From Macrostomum lignano (taxonomy: Eukaryota), in the NCBI GenBank assembly GCA_002269645.1, contig NIVC01001563.1:124001-188000 (forward strand): 64,000 nt of DNA, in the 5' to 3' direction. The position numbers and the translations under genes were made by a program. The notes under the pieces were generated by a model, which saw only the letters and a list, made by a program, of their open reading frames with translations, ran no database searches and was not told where the DNA came from. Shown in pieces: positions 60,865-64,000 of this stretch (the first letter of the stretch is position 1; each line of letters opens with the position of its first letter).

Positions 60865-62845
60865 ATGGCATTCAGACGGGATTTCAATGGTAAGGGTTGC
60901 TTTCATCTTATGGATTCGCAAAAGCGGCACTAAAGCTTTGCTTGATTTTCTCTTCAGAACGGTCCGACAAGAGAGACAAAGGTGCATCCAACCAGACAAC
61001 CAATCTGAATCGCCGGCTGCGCAACATCTGGGAACGAGAGGGCAAGGACTATGGTGAGGACATCGACGATGAAGATGAATTGGTCGACAGGTTTGAGGCC
61101 ACCAAGAAGATGAACGAGCAAAGCATCAGCCGCGTCATGGCGAACATCCACCGCTCCAAGACGGTGGACTTCTGCTTTCTCATTGACGCAACTGGCAGCA
61201 TGCAACCGCATATTGACGGTGCTCGCGACAGCGTCAAGAAAGTAGTGAATTCGCTGGTGCAGGGCCAGCAGAGTCAGTCGGGAATTCTGAAGCTGCGCTT
61301 CGCCGTCGTTGCCTACAGGGATCTCACTGACAAAATCCCGTATGAGATGCTCGATTTCTGTGAACAGCCGGAGGTTTGCATCAGCTTCTGCCGCAATCTC
61401 GTCGCAAGTGGCGGCGGTGACGCCCCCGAAGACGTCTTTGGCGGGCTGGACATTGCGACGAGCCGACTGCAGTGGTCGGAAGATGCCGGCACTCGCATTA
61501 TCTTTCATATGGCAGACGCGCCGTGCCACGGAAAGCGGTTCCACAACCTCTCGGATAGTTATCCCAATGGTGATCCGAAGGGCCGGACCGAAAATGCCTT
61601 ATTTGCTGCAATGAAGCGCTTGCACATAGATTACTACTTTGGTAAGATTAACAGCAGTACTGATCGCATGATCGAGCTCTTTTCCCTGGCTTATGGACGT
61701 CCAATTACTGAGTTCAGCGTAGACGCCATCGCGAACATTGCCGGATCGGTGATCAATTCCATCACGACGTCTATTGATTGCAACGTGGAGAAGACAAAGC
61801 TTGGCACACCGACCGTGCAGGCTCGCAACTTTCGACTGGATCCCAATATTCCCAACTGGGACGAGCAGCTAGTGCAGAAAGGATCCTATCTGCAGTTCAA
61901 ACTGCCCGAGTCAATGGAGGACGTGAAGAATGACGTCAGTCTGACCGAGAAGAAAATCGAAAATGTGCGCGTGAAAGTTGCCGACTGTCCGTTCGCCGAG
62001 GGAGCCGAGAGGATCGCGTACTACGGAGTAGATCTCTTCCAAGGATACAACACGGGAGAGTTCGCTGCCAGAGGTCGGGGCAGGGGCAGAAGGGGCGGCA
62101 ATGGTGGCAGCCAGAGATTTCCGAGCGCGGGCTACGGCCAAGAGTCCAGCTCGCCCACCGAGGTGGTCTTCAAGGAGTACAAGCAGGTAGGGCACAAGCA
62201 AAACAGCCTGGAGCGCTACCGTGCCGCCAGCGAGGTGCAGACTATTGCCTTCTTTCTGGCGGACAAGTTCAACAAGAAGACTGCCATCGTGGGTGAGACG
62301 CTTCAGATTAAATTCCTCAAGATTAGGACCATCATTCTACGGCCAAGCAAGAACGTTCTCCGCGTAATGTCCTGCGAGCGCCGGTTCATTGGAGGCGGAG
62401 ATTTCGTCAAGTTCACCAACAACTGCGGTTACTCGTTGCAGCTGGCCGCAGAGAAGATTGCAAAATTTGGCATCGATCCGGTGATTCTGGAGTTGGTTGC
62501 CGCTTTCTCTCACTGGACCTACCACTTTTCTAAGGGGTTTCTCATGGTGGTAGATCTGCAGGTGAGACAGTAAAACCATGAGAATCTGATAACAAATTTC
62601 AGTCAGTTAGTCAGTTTGTCAATTCTCATGTCAAAATCTTGCAGGGCAAAATCTGTACTGACGGCACTGGCGGTCGGGGAAAAATTCTGATGACGGACCC
62701 GGCGATCCACTGTCTGGACACGACGCGTTACGCGCCGCTCAACCTCGGCATGCCCGGCATGCAGGCCTTCTTCGCCGCGCACGAGTGCAACCGGCTCTGC
62801 GGTCGGCTGGGACTGCCGCCTGCCCGGCCAGTGGCAACCGCTTAG
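60865..62845 (+). CDS. von Willebrand factor A domain plus alpha-kinase (eEF2K/MHCK family) protein, ~609 aa
   Basis: Exons 60865-60889, 60958-62561, 62645-62845 (68- and 83-bp GT-AG introns). vWA DFCFLIDATGSM, GGGDAPEDV; kinase PFAEGAERIAY, VFKEY, FVKFTNN, AFSHWTY, VVDLQ|G, TDPAIH, HECNRLC. Confidence 0.92.
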
Positions 62846-64000
62846 CAACAGACTGGCAACTGAAGACTGAGTTGTTGAACATTGGCATCCCACCGCACCA
62901 AGTCTGCCATGCGGGCATGACAACCTACAAATTTTGGAAGCCTACTATACCTGTATTTCATAAAATTTTAGGTTCTTCTGGCACCCATACTGTGCCTACA
63001 TATGATCGCCCCAAAAACAAATAGAAATTTACATGTATGATACAGCATGTATGATACACTAATTAAAGCAACCAGACTATAACGGGTAGCAACCCTGTTT
63101 TTTTACCTTTTTAACTTCAAATTAGGCTTCAACTCAGCGAGAAGACTATAGTAGCTTGTCTTCCCAGTTTTTTGTATGTATCTGCACTAAACAATATGTA
63201 CACTACTCGTACAATAAATATACAGTTGTAAACAGAGAAGTTTTACAAACAATCGCTTTAAAGAACAAAGTCGTTTAGCTTTATTATTTATGTTCACTAA
63301 TAGAAAAGGTTGTACTGAAGCCATATACTGATATTGTATACTGTATGTACGAGCGTAGCTAATTGTGGTATTCGTGCATACTCGCCAGTCAAAAGACCTT
63401 CAGAACACAGCATCAGCAGCAGCATCTCCTGCACCGGCTGCGAACAAATAAAAAGTGGGTCGCTTGGGTAAACAAGACGGACATAGGGGCGCACAAAAGC
63501 TTGGCACGAATATGACGCATACGCTCGTAATGTGCGCTTCGGCAACTCAAAACTTGACAGTTCCATCTGTTCTCCATAGCTTCTTCGTTTTCCGTTTAGT
63601 TTGATATCTTGGCCTGTACAAAAACAGACCGTAACTGTTATTTTAGCATAGTTTTGGTAGGACTCGGGGAACAGCTCGTCTGCTTTTCTGCTCAGGAACT
63701 AAACAGGATACACTTGTAACTTTCCGTCAGTAAGAAAAAACAAAAGGACTAAATACGGACCTGTGAATAATTCCTCTAATTAAAGAGTTCAAGAAGGAAG
63801 CTGATTCTATCCTATGCAAATGGCCGTTAATTTTCCAGCTAGTTAAAAACTGCTCCAGAATACACTAAGGCCGTCTACGACACCTGATCCCCCCTCCCCA
63901 ATGAATTGGCTCTGAGTTTTGCCCGCCGAGGTTCCCCCTCACGCTTTAAGAAGTTACAGCGGGGTTTCCAGCTACAGAAGCGGCACCACAGAGGGGGCAC

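Noticed and set aside
63983-64000. CTCF-like motif CACCACAGAGGGGGCAC
   Set aside because: Spacing is off by one base from the consensus and the motif is cut by the window edge.

Overview
Eukaryotic (animal) genomic DNA with GC-rich exons, AT-rich intergenic DNA and about 13 kb (~20%) of tandem repeats. This architecture suggests a macrostomid flatworm such as Macrostomum (inference only). Ten protein-coding genes were reconstructed with GT-AG splice sites that keep the frame: a KHDRBS/Sam68-type KH protein, PSMD11, MIIP, NTAQ1, an ankyrin TRPA-like channel, a CYP2-clan P450, MBTPS2 (with one in-frame TAG), SLC25A39/40, a rhodopsin-class GPCR and a vWA/alpha-kinase. The window also has one tRNA-His(GTG), a decayed mariner, a TA-flanked MITE, an internally deleted Tc1/IS630-like element, two tRNA-derived SINE copies and two Crypton-like tyrosine-recombinase relics, one with a spliceosomal intron and inverted ends. 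The dominant unexplained pattern is that 10 of 17 reconstructed introns are filled by their own unrelated minisatellite, and most arrays start or end within a few bases of a splice site.
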